Shown: positions 42,227 to 53,347, numbered from the stretch's first letter. The stretch: DNA of 64,000 bases from Ignavibacteriota bacterium (GCA_963776275.1 CAVZMI010000021.1:160001-224000), one strand, 5' to 3'. Translations and numbers: made by a program. Notes: generated by a model not told the origin, from the letters alone.

Positions 42227-43378
42227 CTAAAGTAATTTTTCCCGGATCGAATAGCCTTCGCGAGTTTGCTGTCCTTTGGAGATCATCTCTCCCAACAGGC
42301 CGATTGAAATAAACTGAATCCCGACGATCATAAAGAGGATTCCCAGAAAAAATATCGGCCGGTTACTCAATGCCGTAAGATTTAATATCCATTCGATCGA
42401 AAGCCATAAATCGATGCAAAATCCGGCAAGGAAAGAAAAAATCCCCCATCCTCCGAAAAGATGTAATGGGCGTCGAATATATCGAGTTGTAAAAAGCATC
42501 GTCAGCAGGTCGAGAAATCCCTTGAGAAATCTTCCGGGGCCGAATTTGGTTTTCCCGTATTTCCGTCTGTGATGCTGTACCGGAATCTCGCCGACCCGGA
42601 ACCCACGCCAGTGAACGAGCGCCGGAATGAATCGATGGAGCTCACCGTATACTTCTATTTCCTTGAGAACTTCGTTCCGGTACGCCTTCAGTCCGCAGTT
42701 AAAATCATGAAGCCTGAATCCCGTCATGACCGATGTGACAAAATTGAAAAATCGCGAAGAAATTATTTTCGTAATGGGGTCGTACCGTTTTTTCTTCCAC
42801 CCGGAGACCAGATCATACCCTTCACGGATTTTTTTTACAAGATTTGGAATTTCGGTCGGATCATCCTGCAGGTCGGCATCCATGGTCACTATTATTGCCC
42901 CCTCGGCGTGAGTGAAACCGACAGCCAATGCAGCCGATTTGCCAAAATTACGCCGGAAACGGATTGCTTTCATCCGCCGATTAATCCGGTGGATATCGCG
43001 CAATATCTGATATGAGTTATCGGTGCTTCCGTCATCCACAAAAATTACTTCGTAATTCCCCCCCTGACGCTGAAGGACGTTGCGAAGCTGGCGCGATAAA
43101 TCGGGAAGCGACTCGGCTTCATTGAATAGTGGTATGACAACCGAGACATCGGGTTTCCTTATTTGAACCGGCGGAATCGGTTTCTGCGGATGCTCCGGAT
43201 GCGCTGTGGGAACTGGTTGACTAGTCTCTACCGACACTGGCCCAACAGGTTGTTCAGGTTGCCGTTTTTGCCTTGGTGGACGCTGAAATCGCCGTCGGCG
43301 ATATCGGTAGTATGGACGTGATTTTTCGGAAGGTTTTCCAGGTTGCTGTTCCCCCGTAGGTTGCTCTTGGTCTGCCAT
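42227..43378 (-). CDS. GT2 undecaprenyl-phosphate glycosyltransferase (ArnC-like) with low-complexity N-terminus
   Basis: VIPLFNE, VDDGSTD, RNFGKSAAL, MDADLQDDP, GELHRFIP, two C-terminal TMs. Confidence 0.92.
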   Translation of the reverse strand: MADQEQPTGEQQPGKPSEKSRPYYRYRRRRFQRPPRQKRQPEQPVGPVSVETSQPVPTAHPEHPQKPIPPVQIRKPDVSVVIPLFNEAESLPDLSRQLRNVLQRQGGNYEVIFVDDGSTDNSYQILRDIHRINRRMKAIRFRRNFGKSAALAVGFTHAEGAIIVTMDADLQDDPTEIPNLVKKIREGYDLVSGWKKKRYDPITKIISSRFFNFVTSVMTGFRLHDFNCGLKAYRNEVLKEIEVYGELHRFIPALVHWRGFRVGEIPVQHHRRKYGKTKFGPGRFLKGFLDLLTMLFTTRYIRRPLHLFGGWGIFSFLAGFCIDLWLSIEWILNLTALSNRPIFFLGILFMIVGIQFISIGLLGEMISKGQQTREGYSIREKLL

Positions 43379-43553
43379 AAGGTTCCTCTAATCGCTTGAA
43401 GTATTTGGTGAGCAAATTAACTGTTTTCCGATTCAAAATCAATGAACCCGGCGATTTCATTGAAATTGGAACAATTTTTCTTTAGGATTGTTATATTTAT
43501 AAGACTATGCATATATAGTTCTTATACTCCTCACTTTAAAAAGGTTTCACTAA

Positions 43554-45638
43554 ATGGTTGTGAAAGAATCAACAATAGAACGTACTCCATCATTGCCGGA
43601 AATCATAGATTTTGGAATCAAGGTTCACCCAAAAACTCTGCTCCGATGGTACCAACTCATGCAGCTTGGCCGTTTACTCGACCAGAAAGCCGCTTTGTAT
43701 TTGCGACAGGCAAAAGGTTGGTCATATCACGCATCATGTGCGGGACATGAGGGAATACAATTAATTCTGGGGCTGACATTCCGGCAGGGCAAGGATTTCC
43801 TCTTCCCCTATTACCGTGATCTCCTGACTTCATTGGCCGGGGGGATTACTCCGGAAGAGATTATATTGAATGGAATTTCGAAGGCTGCCGATGTCGCCGG
43901 CGGAGGCAGGCATATGAGCAATCATTTTGCAAAACCTTCGATTCGAATTCAGAATGTCTCATCGGCAACGGGGAATCATGCACTCCATGCCGTCGGCACA
44001 GCCCGGGCAATCAAGAAATATAAGGGTGATGAAATCGCATTTGCGAGTTTTGGCGAGTCGGCGGCCTCTGAAGGATATGTCTTCGAGGCACTGCACGGCG
44101 CCGCACGCGAAGTCTTACCCGTTATTTTTGTAATTCAAAACAATCGTTTCGGTATTTCCGTCCCGATCTCTGAGCAATCGGTTAGTCCCATTGTTGCGGA
44201 TAATTTTTCTGGAATCAAAAAACTTCATATTGTTCGATGCGACGGAACGAACGTTTTTGATTCATGGCGCGGGATGCAGGATGCTCTCGATTACGTGAAA
44301 AATGGCAAAGGTCCTGCTCTTCTTCATGCGGATTGCATTCGAATTAATTCCCACAGTAATTCCGATCGGCATGAACTCTATCGTACGCCGGAAGAATTGG
44401 AAGAAGCAAAACGCTGGGATCCGGTGAAACGATTCCGGCAATATCTCATTGCACACGAAATTTTTTCGGAACGTGAAATTTCAGATATCGAGGAGAGAAA
44501 CGAGGCCACCGTCGCCGCCGCCGCCGAACATGCGGAATCTCTGCCCGATCCAAATCCGGCAACTGCAGCATTATATGTGATCCCGCAACAGATTGACGTC
44601 CCGCAGCACTTTCTCGAACCACGTGAAGATCCGAATGCCCCATCTTTCACTCTTCGGGAAGCCATCAACGAAACATTGAAAGAAGAATTCCGACGCAACC
44701 CGAATACATTTCTCTGGGGACAGGATGTTGCTTCAAAAGAAAAGGGCGGAGTCTTCAACGTCACAAAGGGGATGCTCCAGGAATTCGGCAACGAACGGAT
44801 TTTTAACGCCCCCATAGCCGAAGATTTTATCAACGGCACTGCGAACGGCTTTTGCCGGTATCGAGACGATATATGGGTTGTAATTGAAGGTGCGCAATTT
44901 GCCGACTATTTCTGGCCGGCAGTCGAACAGCTTGTTGAAAATTCGCACGAGTATTACCGGTCGAACGGACAGTTTGTTCCAAATATTGTCATTCGTCTTG
45001 CATCAGGCGGATATATTGGCGGCGGGTTGTACCATTCACAGAATCTCGAGGCGTTGTTCACGTCGCTTCCAGGGCTGCGTGTCGTTGTACCGGCATTTGC
45101 CGACGATGCACAGGGACTCATGCGTGCAGCAATACGGAACCGTGGTGTAACATTGTATCTTGAACCGAAATTTTTATACAATCAATTCTTTGCAAAGTCG
45201 CCGCGGCAGGCATCAGAGTTCTATGTTCCGTTTGGAAAATCCCGAATCCGCCGAGAAGGAACCGACCTGAGCATCATCACCTACGGCACAACTGTGCATT
45301 GGGCAATGCGGGCTGCAAATAAATTAGAGGCGGATAAAAATATTCGTTGTGAGGTTGTCGACCTGCGATCGCTCGTACCGCTTGATGTCGATGGTGTTCT
45401 TGCTTCTGTGAAAAAAACAGGCCGTGCGCTTGTCGTTCATGAAGACAAACTCACAGGCGGTTTCGGCGGTGAGGTTGCGGCAATCATTGGCGAGAAAGCT
45501 TTTCGGTACCTCGATGCACCTGTGATGCGGCTGGGATCAAAAGATACGCCTGTACCTTTTTCGAAGATCCTTGAAGCAGCTGTCCTGGTACAGGAGGCGG
45601 ACGTTTATGCAGCTGCGGAAAAGCTGGCTTCATATTAA
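43554..45638 (+). CDS. 2-oxoacid dehydrogenase E1, fused alpha/beta (probably branched-chain)
   Basis: PYYRD, HSNSD, GQDV...GGVF, NAPIAE, GGLYHSQ, DLRSL, LDAP. Confidence 0.92.
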   Translation: MVVKESTIERTPSLPEIIDFGIKVHPKTLLRWYQLMQLGRLLDQKAALYLRQAKGWSYHASCAGHEGIQLILGLTFRQGKDFLFPYYRDLLTSLAGGITPEEIILNGISKAADVAGGGRHMSNHFAKPSIRIQNVSSATGNHALHAVGTARAIKKYKGDEIAFASFGESAASEGYVFEALHGAAREVLPVIFVIQNNRFGISVPISEQSVSPIVADNFSGIKKLHIVRCDGTNVFDSWRGMQDALDYVKNGKGPALLHADCIRINSHSNSDRHELYRTPEELEEAKRWDPVKRFRQYLIAHEIFSEREISDIEERNEATVAAAAEHAESLPDPNPATAALYVIPQQIDVPQHFLEPREDPNAPSFTLREAINETLKEEFRRNPNTFLWGQDVASKEKGGVFNVTKGMLQEFGNERIFNAPIAEDFINGTANGFCRYRDDIWVVIEGAQFADYFWPAVEQLVENSHEYYRSNGQFVPNIVIRLASGGYIGGGLYHSQNLEALFTSLPGLRVVVPAFADDAQGLMRAAIRNRGVTLYLEPKFLYNQFFAKSPRQASEFYVPFGKSRIRREGTDLSIITYGTTVHWAMRAANKLEADKNIRCEVVDLRSLVPLDVDGVLASVKKTGRALVVHEDKLTGGFGGEVAAIIGEKAFRYLDAPVMRLGSKDTPVPFSKILEAAVLVQEADVYAAAEKLASY

Positions 45639-45673
45639 AAAAGTATAAGCACGGTGATGCTTCCGGAGGTATT

Positions 45674-46453
45674 TCATCCTGTCTTGAGGATTTTTCTCAC
45701 CTTAAGCGCTCTATCCGGAAAATTCGTCACCACTCCGGTCACTCCCCGTTTAATCCATTTTTGAAGATCACGTTCGGTGTTCAGTGTAAATACAAATACC
45801 GGGATATTATTCTGACGTGCATTCCTGAGCATCGGAGCAAATATTTCGTGCTTGCCGCCGACAAATCCCCATGCGCCTACCCTCTTTACCAGTGTTGATG
45901 GCCGGCGGCTTCCATGAAGGATCGCATGATAGAGAATCGCGGTACGGATTTGCGGTGCAACAATTCGTGAACGAACAAGAATAGGATGATAGAAAGAAGA
46001 AATAATAACCTTGTCTTCCAGGTTTCGATGGAGAATCCGGGTTGTTGTTTTTTCTATAAGAATTCCCGCTTCACGCCGCGAGATCCCGTCGGTTTTTATT
46101 TCTATATTAATCCATTGAAATCGCTGGAGGACATCGAGTGCTTCGTCGAGTGTAAGAATTCGTTCTCCGGAAAACCGGCGGTGAAACCATGATCCGGCAT
46201 CGAGCGATCGCAGGCATTTGAGGGGAAGGTCGTTGACAGCACCCTGTCCGTTTGTCGTCCGGTTCACGGTTCTATCGTGGATGATCACTACTTCTTGATC
46301 GTATGAGAGGCGTACATCGCATTCTGCCGCTTCAACGCCCAGATCAGCAGCCAGTGAAAATGCAGCATAAGTATTTTCTGGAGCACGTCCTGAAAAACCG
46401 CGGTGAGCTACTATAATGACCTCGCCCGGCGGGTATAGCGTCTTTGCCGTCAT
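45674..46453 (-). CDS. Glycerophosphodiester phosphodiesterase
   Basis: AHRG...PENT, ECDV, HD, NIEIK, SSF, TNFP. Confidence 0.93.
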   Translation of the reverse strand: MTAKTLYPPGEVIIVAHRGFSGRAPENTYAAFSLAADLGVEAAECDVRLSYDQEVVIIHDRTVNRTTNGQGAVNDLPLKCLRSLDAGSWFHRRFSGERILTLDEALDVLQRFQWINIEIKTDGISRREAGILIEKTTTRILHRNLEDKVIISSFYHPILVRSRIVAPQIRTAILYHAILHGSRRPSTLVKRVGAWGFVGGKHEIFAPMLRNARQNNIPVFVFTLNTERDLQKWIKRGVTGVVTNFPDRALKVRKILKTG

Positions 46454-47112
46454 TTCAATAGCAGCTGAGTGAGAATTCGGTTCAGTACTTCTTTCACTTC
46501 GCCGATTCCATCGACCTCTACCAGCACTCCGCGGATTTTATAATATTCCTTCACGGGTGCCGTCGATTCCGTATATACTTTCAACCGTCGCTGGATAGTT
46601 TCCCGTTTATCGTCATCGCGATGAATTAACACACCGCCGCAATTCGGACATAGGTCACCTTCCTTGATATTGTCGGTTCCCAGATTATAAATAGACCCGC
46701 AATCATCGCAGGTCCGGCGCTGCTCGAGACGGCGGATCAGCTCGTTATCGTCTGCGGTAAGATTCACAACCTTTGACAGGAAAATATTTCTTTCCTCGAA
46801 GAGCGCCGTCAACGCTTCCGCTTGTTTGACAGTCCGAGGAAATCCGTCGAGTATAAATCCGTTTTTGATCCTCTCAGGGGTCAATTCATCCCCGACGATT
46901 CCTACCATGATGATATCGGGAACCAGCTCGCCTCTTTGTGTAAAGTTGTGAGCCTGTATCCCGAGCGGTGTTCCATGGGTCGTTGCGATACGAAGAATAT
47001 CGCCGGTTGAGAAGTGCGGTATTGAAAATTTTTCAGAAAGAATTTTCGCCTGTGTTCCCTTACCTACCCCCGGGGAACCAAAAAGAATTAATTGCATTTT
47101 ATCCTCGTCCAT
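46450..47112 (-). CDS. adk: Adenylate kinase with zinc-type LID
   Basis: GSPGVGKGTQ, STGDILR, LDGFPRT, CDDC...CPNC, RDDD. Confidence 0.96.
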   Translation of the reverse strand: MDEDKMQLILFGSPGVGKGTQAKILSEKFSIPHFSTGDILRIATTHGTPLGIQAHNFTQRGELVPDIIMVGIVGDELTPERIKNGFILDGFPRTVKQAEALTALFEERNIFLSKVVNLTADDNELIRRLEQRRTCDDCGSIYNLGTDNIKEGDLCPNCGGVLIHRDDDKRETIQRRLKVYTESTAPVKEYYKIRGVLVEVDGIGEVKEVLNRILTQLLLK

Positions 47113-47191
47113 GACTAAGGTCGTATGCCATATTAAGTATAAATATACGGATCATTCAATGATGAAATCAAGTAGTCCGGCAGTATTTCAT

Positions 47192-48289
47192 TCATTTTTT
47201 CTTCTGTGCGGCTGCAAGCTGTCCGCATGCAGCTTTTATGTCTTCCCCGGCATTATTACGAATCATTACTGTAATGTTTGCTTCGCGCAGTTTTTGGGCA
47301 AATTCCTCCATTCGTTCGACAGGGGTGGGGCGCAGGGACGAAGCAAATCCTTCCGGATGTATGAAATCTATTGCGTGAAACGGAATTAGATTAATTTTTG
47401 ACGGTACACGCCGGATATATCGAATAAGCCTGTTGATATCTTCATCGCGATCGTTAATGCCCTCAAATAAAATATATTCGTACGTGATACGCTGCCCCGT
47501 TTTCTCATAATAGTATTCTGCCGCACGATGAATATCTTCGACAGAATGTTTTTTCGTAACCGGCATTAAAGTGCTCCGTACTCTGTCGTCAACCGAATTG
47601 AGCGAAATTGCCAGCTTACATTTTCTCCCCTCATCGGCCATCCGTTTGATATTTTCGACATATCCCGCAGTCGATAATGTCGTTTTCTTTGCACTTATTC
47701 CGATGAGCCGTTCATGCGAGATAATTTCCACGGCTTTCATGACATTATCATAATTTAACAACGGCTCTCCCATTCCCATAAGAACAAGATTTGTAATTTT
47801 GTTTTCACCGAGGCGCCTGACATGCAGCACCTGATCGACTATTTCCCCCGCTGTCAGGTTGCGCTTGAATCCCATAGAACCGGTTGCACAGAACACGCAA
47901 TCGAGTGGGCATCCAACCTGAGTCGAGACACAGAGAGTAAATCGCTTCTCTCCCTTTCCCCCGTCCTTTGTGCTCTGTGGGATAAGAACGCTTTCAATTG
48001 TCAGCCCGTCGGCAAGACGAAATAAGAATTTTGTCGTCCCGTCAATCGGGGAGACCCTTTTCCGGCCAACTTCGATACTCCCAATCCGTGCAACCTCCGC
48101 CAATCTCGAACGAAGCACCCGTGGAATATCGGTCATTGCATCGAATTCCGAGATTCCACGATTATAAAGCCAATAGAAGATCTGCGTCGCTCTATAGGCA
48201 GGCTCCCCTATCGATTCCGAAAAATCACGAAGCTCGGAAAGCGACATCCCTTTGAGATCAACGTGTTTATTAGCCGGTATGTGTTTCAT
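47192..48289 (-). CDS. rlmN: 23S rRNA m2A2503 radical-SAM methyltransferase
   Basis: CVSTQVGCPLDCVFC, MGMGEP, AACGQL. Confidence 0.97.
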   Translation of the reverse strand: MKHIPANKHVDLKGMSLSELRDFSESIGEPAYRATQIFYWLYNRGISEFDAMTDIPRVLRSRLAEVARIGSIEVGRKRVSPIDGTTKFLFRLADGLTIESVLIPQSTKDGGKGEKRFTLCVSTQVGCPLDCVFCATGSMGFKRNLTAGEIVDQVLHVRRLGENKITNLVLMGMGEPLLNYDNVMKAVEIISHERLIGISAKKTTLSTAGYVENIKRMADEGRKCKLAISLNSVDDRVRSTLMPVTKKHSVEDIHRAAEYYYEKTGQRITYEYILFEGINDRDEDINRLIRYIRRVPSKINLIPFHAIDFIHPEGFASSLRPTPVERMEEFAQKLREANITVMIRNNAGEDIKAACGQLAAAQKKK

Positions 48290-48353
48290 AATCACAGAGA
48301 ATTACCAGGGAAAATTATAAATCCTTATAAGTATTGGCATTTTTACCAAATAG

Positions 48354-48382
48354 TTGACAAGTTGTAAAATGTTTCATATGTT
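48354..48382 (+). promoter_or_regulatory. sigma70-type promoter
   Basis: TTGACA-N17-TATGTT upstream of 48442 (AAGGAG SD). Confidence 0.65.
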
Positions 48383-48441
48383 GACGTAACTTCTGTATTT
48401 AATTAATTTCATCGTAAGAATCAATATAAGGAGAGATTAGC

Positions 48442-49515
48442 ATGAAGAAGACTTTTACAATTCTATTCTTTTCCGTTCTGGTTCTTCTCACCGGCAATAT
48501 TTTTTCTCAAGTTCAAAATTTGAAGTCTATGGAAGGACCCTGGGTGGGCCAGTGGGTAAATCTTTATTATATGAGTTCAGGCAGCATCAATGTTACAATC
48601 ACCGTCAATGAATCTCTTCAAACTGCGCATGGCGATTGGAATGTTGGCGGAAATATCCTTGGAGTTGCAAGGGATCCTTTTTCGACCGATATCACATTGA
48701 CGCCGGCAGGATTCGTTGCATCTTTCAACTCGCCGATATGGGGAGATATTTCGGGCACCGGATTGTATACAGGAATATATGCAGGCGTCGCGACAAATTG
48801 TCCGAATCCCAATGCACAATCGATTGTCGCCGCCGGCACATTCAACAATACACACATAAGCGGCACCTTCGACTTCGTATGGGGGGTAGATCCAATCAAC
48901 GGAACTGTTTCTATTACCAAACCAGATCCAATTTCTACACCTACAGGATTATCTGCAACCGAAAATCCTCAGGGAACGGTTAATCTGAATTGGGTCGATG
49001 TTGCAACCAACGAAACCGGATACAGAATCGATCGGAAAAATACTTCAATCGGAACGTGGTCGGAAATAGATACAGTCGGTGAAAACGCTCATTTTTATTC
49101 CGATAATACCATTCAAATGGAAACGCAGTACACGTACAGAATTGCTGCGTATAATAGTACAACAGAGTCGGAATATTCCGACACGGTTATTATAACGACC
49201 AAGACATCTGTTAATAAGACTGCCAATATCCCGGCAGTGTTTTCACTTCTTCAAAATTACCCCAATCCATTTAACCCGAGCACGGTAATCAGCTACGATC
49301 TTCCACGGGACAGCAGAGTGAATATTTCGGTTTATTCGATATCCGGAGAACATCTTGCTACGCTGGTTAACGATGTTCAGACTGCTGGAAGATATGAGGT
49401 GAGTTACGATGCAAAAGGCAAAGCCAGCGGGATTTATCTGGTGAAAATGGTGGCTCAGTCGCTTAAATCGGGAAAGCAATATGTAGATTATAGAAAAATG
49501 GTACTTATCAAGTGA
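48442..49515 (+). CDS. Secreted FN3-domain protein with T9SS-type C-terminal sorting domain
   Basis: Signal peptide; PTGLSA...LNWVD...NETGYRIDRK...YTYRIAAYN; LQNYPNPFNPST...SGIY...KMVLIK. Confidence 0.9.
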   Translation: MKKTFTILFFSVLVLLTGNIFSQVQNLKSMEGPWVGQWVNLYYMSSGSINVTITVNESLQTAHGDWNVGGNILGVARDPFSTDITLTPAGFVASFNSPIWGDISGTGLYTGIYAGVATNCPNPNAQSIVAAGTFNNTHISGTFDFVWGVDPINGTVSITKPDPISTPTGLSATENPQGTVNLNWVDVATNETGYRIDRKNTSIGTWSEIDTVGENAHFYSDNTIQMETQYTYRIAAYNSTTESEYSDTVIITTKTSVNKTANIPAVFSLLQNYPNPFNPSTVISYDLPRDSRVNISVYSISGEHLATLVNDVQTAGRYEVSYDAKGKASGIYLVKMVAQSLKSGKQYVDYRKMVLIK

Positions 49516-49525
49516 TTTAGAAGAA

Positions 49526-50295
49526 GTGGTACTTTCATATCAACAGGATATTATCGGGATATTCAGTTCACCTGCTAAAACATTTTATAATATATCGCAG
49601 CAGCCGGTGAGGCACTCCTATTGGATGATTCCGCTCATAAGTATGATTGTTGTCGCCATTCTATCGAACATATTGATTAAGAGTCATCCGGGAATTCAGC
49701 AGGCAGATAGAGAAAGCAGCATCAAAGCATTAGAGAAGCAGTTGGATCAGGCGGTTGAGAAGGGTATGATGACAACTGCCCAAAAAGAAAACCAGTTGCA
49801 GGCAATAGAAACAAGACTCGCTCAAGAGGACCATCGCGCTTTGTAACTCAAAGTATATTCTTATTAGTATCTTCATGTCTTAATTTCTTTATTGCCTCAT
49901 ATGTGTTTTTAATATTTGTAAAATATTTTCTTAAAGGAAAAGGTAAATACATACACGCACTAATCGCATATGCCGTGCCTCTATATATTATAATTTTCCA
50001 GATGATTGTGGTTGCCGTCTTATCATTAATTTCTGCCCGTCATCTATCCGGAACAAGCATTGCTGTTTTTGTAAATGCAAACACATCGACAATCGGCGGA
50101 TTCATATTAAGTAAGATGGATCCCTTCTTAATTTGGTTTTATTGCATTGTTGGAATCGGATTTGCAAAAATGTTCGGTACAAGCAGCGTGAACAAATATA
50201 TCGGTATGGTTTTTCTTTTGTGGCTCGGATCGGGACTTCTTTTTTTCTTTATAGCAAAAATAATTCCATCGATACGCTGGATAGTTAGTATGTAA
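49526..50295 (+). CDS. Yip1-domain membrane protein; frameshift near 49842
   Basis: GIFSSPAKTF...WMIPL in the first ORF, MDPFLIW...GIGFAK in the second; one extra T in GCTTTGTA fuses them. Confidence 0.8.
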
Positions 50296-50487
50296 AACGA
50301 AACAGGGGGTCTTAAATATTTTCCCGGGTTTGAAAAGACCCTGGGTATCATATATGGGATTGTTTATAATTGTCATGTGCCGTAAAAATAGGGAAAAATC
50401 CGCCTAATATCTTATTTCTTGCAGGTGAGGCCTTTTTTTCATATCTTTATATGAATTTTATTTTTTTCCCTATTCAATCCGGATGGT

Positions 50488-51969
50488 ATGTCCAGACCTC
50501 TAAACGTTCTATTTGTTACAAGTGAAGTTGAACCCTTTGCAAAAACGGGAGGTCTTGCCGACGTATCGGCGGCTCTTCCCCAAACCATAAAAGAACTCGG
50601 GCACGAAATCCGTATCATTCTTCCGCGATACGGTTGTATTAGCGAGCGCCGGTCAAAGCTCCATAATGTTCTTCGTCTGAAGGAAATTCCCATTCCTATC
50701 GGTAAGGCGGCGGCTACAGCCAATATCAAATCATCGACAATCGACAGCAAGAAATCAAAGGTTCAGGTCTATTTCATAGAAAACCAGGAATATTTTGGTC
50801 ACCAGGACCTTTACGTCGATTCAGCCACTAAAAAGGATTTCCCAAATAATGACGAGCGGTTCATTTTTTTCTGCCGGGCGGTTCTTGAAACCCTTAAGCG
50901 TCTTGGATGGCATCCTGATATTATTCACTTAAACGACTGGCAGTCGGGCTTGATCCCGGCATATTTACACACGTTCTACAAAGACGATCCTTTCTACAAG
51001 GGGATCCAGACCGTTTTTACGATTCACAACCTTGCCTATCAGGGAATTTTCCCTGCAGCGTCGTTCCAGAAAACCGGACTCCCCAAAGAGTTATTCTCTC
51101 CCGAACAGATTGAATTCTTCGGAAAAATGAACTGTCTGAAGGCCGGCCTGATTTTTACTAATGCAATCACAACGGTCAGCGAAAGATATTCGCACGAGAT
51201 TCAAACGTCGCCTGAATACGGCTGCGGTCTTGAGGGGGTGCTTCTCAAACGGAAAAACGACATTTCGGGCATTATCAACGGCATCGATTACTGCATCTGG
51301 AATCCGGAAACCGATGATCTCATCCCTGTCCGATATTCCATGAAGGATATCGAGCTCAAATCCGAAAACAAACGTTACTTACTTCACAATCACGGAATGG
51401 AGTATCATCCGGAAGTCCCCCTTATCGGTATGATCTCCCGTCTTACAGATCAAAAGGGATTCGACTTGCTCAGTGAGATTTTTGAAGATATGATGAAATT
51501 AAACGTTCAGTTCATATTACTTGGAACGGGTGAAAGGAAATATCACGATCTCTTCGAAAAAATACATAAAAAATATCCCGGCCGGGTGGGAATCGATCTA
51601 AAATTCGACGACACGCTCGCCCACACGATCGAAGCTGGAGCGGACATGTTCCTGATGCCGTCGCGGTATGAGCCTTGCGGGTTGAACCAACTCTACAGTC
51701 TCCGCTATGGTACCGTACCGATTGTACGTTCGACAGGCGGTCTTGATGATACAATTGACGACATTGATACGTCACCCAAAGGAACAGGCTTCAAATTCCA
51801 AAAATATGACGGGAAAGAATTGCTGAAGGTTATCCAGCGCGCGGTGAAAGTATATGCAGATAAAACCTCCTGGCAAAAAATTCAACGAAATGGGATGTCT
51901 AAGGATTTTTCCTGGGAGTCGTCGGCCAAACAATACATTGCACTGTACAGGAAGCTATTGAGACAGTGA
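50488..51969 (+). CDS. glgA: Glycogen synthase
   Basis: KTGGLADV, NDWQ, TIHNLAYQG, MPSRYEPCGLNQ, TGGL. Confidence 0.97.
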   Translation: MSRPLNVLFVTSEVEPFAKTGGLADVSAALPQTIKELGHEIRIILPRYGCISERRSKLHNVLRLKEIPIPIGKAAATANIKSSTIDSKKSKVQVYFIENQEYFGHQDLYVDSATKKDFPNNDERFIFFCRAVLETLKRLGWHPDIIHLNDWQSGLIPAYLHTFYKDDPFYKGIQTVFTIHNLAYQGIFPAASFQKTGLPKELFSPEQIEFFGKMNCLKAGLIFTNAITTVSERYSHEIQTSPEYGCGLEGVLLKRKNDISGIINGIDYCIWNPETDDLIPVRYSMKDIELKSENKRYLLHNHGMEYHPEVPLIGMISRLTDQKGFDLLSEIFEDMMKLNVQFILLGTGERKYHDLFEKIHKKYPGRVGIDLKFDDTLAHTIEAGADMFLMPSRYEPCGLNQLYSLRYGTVPIVRSTGGLDDTIDDIDTSPKGTGFKFQKYDGKELLKVIQRAVKVYADKTSWQKIQRNGMSKDFSWESSAKQYIALYRKLLRQ

Positions 51970-52177
51970 GCATGACAGCCACCGGATTGTTTTCCGAAGA
52001 AGAACTCACTGAGATTCATGCGTATCTTCGATAATTCCGGGCCGCAGAAAATACTCGCATCGACGATATCTTCTTCTGTCTGTACCATCCGATCAAGTGC
52101 AATGCTCCGTATAAAACTCATTATAAACACAGGTGATCTTTCGGACGTATATTAAAAACTTTATCACAGCATAATAA

Positions 52178-53347
52178 ATGATGAAAACCTTTTTTGTTCT
52201 TCTGTTTATTATTGTTATGTTTCTCTTCACAATCTCCGGATGCAGCGATAATCCAAGTTCCCTGGGTATCGGCCTCATTCCGCAAGAAGATTTTCTCAAT
52301 GTCGATACATTGACCGTATATTCTACGACGGAACGTTTGTACCAATCCCGACATCCTCTAGGTTCAAGCCGAACCATTGCCGTCGGAAGAGCAGAATCGT
52401 TCAAAGCTTATGCGTTTATTTCATTTTTGGGTGTACCGGACACCATGGCAGGATCGACAGTCAATAGTGTCGAACTTACTCTTTTCCCGAATTATATTAT
52501 TGGCGATTCAACCGGAACGGTGTCATTCGATGTTTGTGAACTCACGCTCGGCTGGACCGAGTCGAGTTTCATATGGGATTCACTCGCTGTACTCTCGTAC
52601 AACGGAACACCTGTCGGATCATTCGCCGGGGCAGTTACCGACTCCGATTCTGTTGTGGTATCTATTTCACCGCAATTAATATCAAAATGGTTTTCAAATG
52701 CAAAAAATGTATTACCGACCTACGGTCTTCTATTGAAACCCAACAGACCGGCCGCACCGGGTCAAGCAATTCGCGGCTTTGAGTCGTTTCAGGGAACACG
52801 TATCCCTTATATTCGCATCATTGCGACACAAAACAGTCAGATCGATACGTTCACGCTTAGTACAGGGTACGATACATACGTTGTCAACGGCTCGCCGGTT
52901 GTCGACCCTTTAAAATCGATTTATATCCAGCCAACGCTGGGGTATAACGCACTTCTTACGTTCAACGTCTCGAAGCTCCCCCGGGATGCCATTATCCATC
53001 AAGCAATGATGGAACTTACAAGCAATTCCGGATATTCTTTCTATTCTCGCCCCACTATCGACTCGGTTCTGGCAACATTCGTTGTGGACTCCACCGCACA
53101 ATCGGATTTTTACAATTCGAGTCCCCCGATCAGCACAAGAACAGGGAATGTATACAGCATGAACATCGCAACAATGGTTCAGCGGTGGGGGAGAGGATTC
53201 CCGAACCAGGGAGTACGAATAAAAGCGTATGATGACTATCGCGGTTCATATGCATTGGGTACCGTTAATCCGTTTATTTTTTACAATTCAAAGTCGGATA
53301 TCTCGTTGCGTCCGCGACTGAAAATTCTTTACTCAACTATTCGGTGA
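52178..53347 (+). CDS. DUF4270-like lipoprotein
   Basis: Lipobox ISGC then DNPSSLGIGL; C-terminal RPRLKILYS; position after glgA as in Bacteroidota. Confidence 0.7.
   Translation: MMKTFFVLLFIIVMFLFTISGCSDNPSSLGIGLIPQEDFLNVDTLTVYSTTERLYQSRHPLGSSRTIAVGRAESFKAYAFISFLGVPDTMAGSTVNSVELTLFPNYIIGDSTGTVSFDVCELTLGWTESSFIWDSLAVLSYNGTPVGSFAGAVTDSDSVVVSISPQLISKWFSNAKNVLPTYGLLLKPNRPAAPGQAIRGFESFQGTRIPYIRIIATQNSQIDTFTLSTGYDTYVVNGSPVVDPLKSIYIQPTLGYNALLTFNVSKLPRDAIIHQAMMELTSNSGYSFYSRPTIDSVLATFVVDSTAQSDFYNSSPPISTRTGNVYSMNIATMVQRWGRGFPNQGVRIKAYDDYRGSYALGTVNPFIFYNSKSDISLRPRLKILYSTIR

Noticed and set aside
51972-52170. Small gene between glgA and the lipoprotein (MTATGLFSEEELTEIHAYLR*; minus-strand ORF 51882-52130)
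   Set aside because: Only 20 codons with no clear SD; the minus-strand ORF overlaps glgA and has no recognisable motif.
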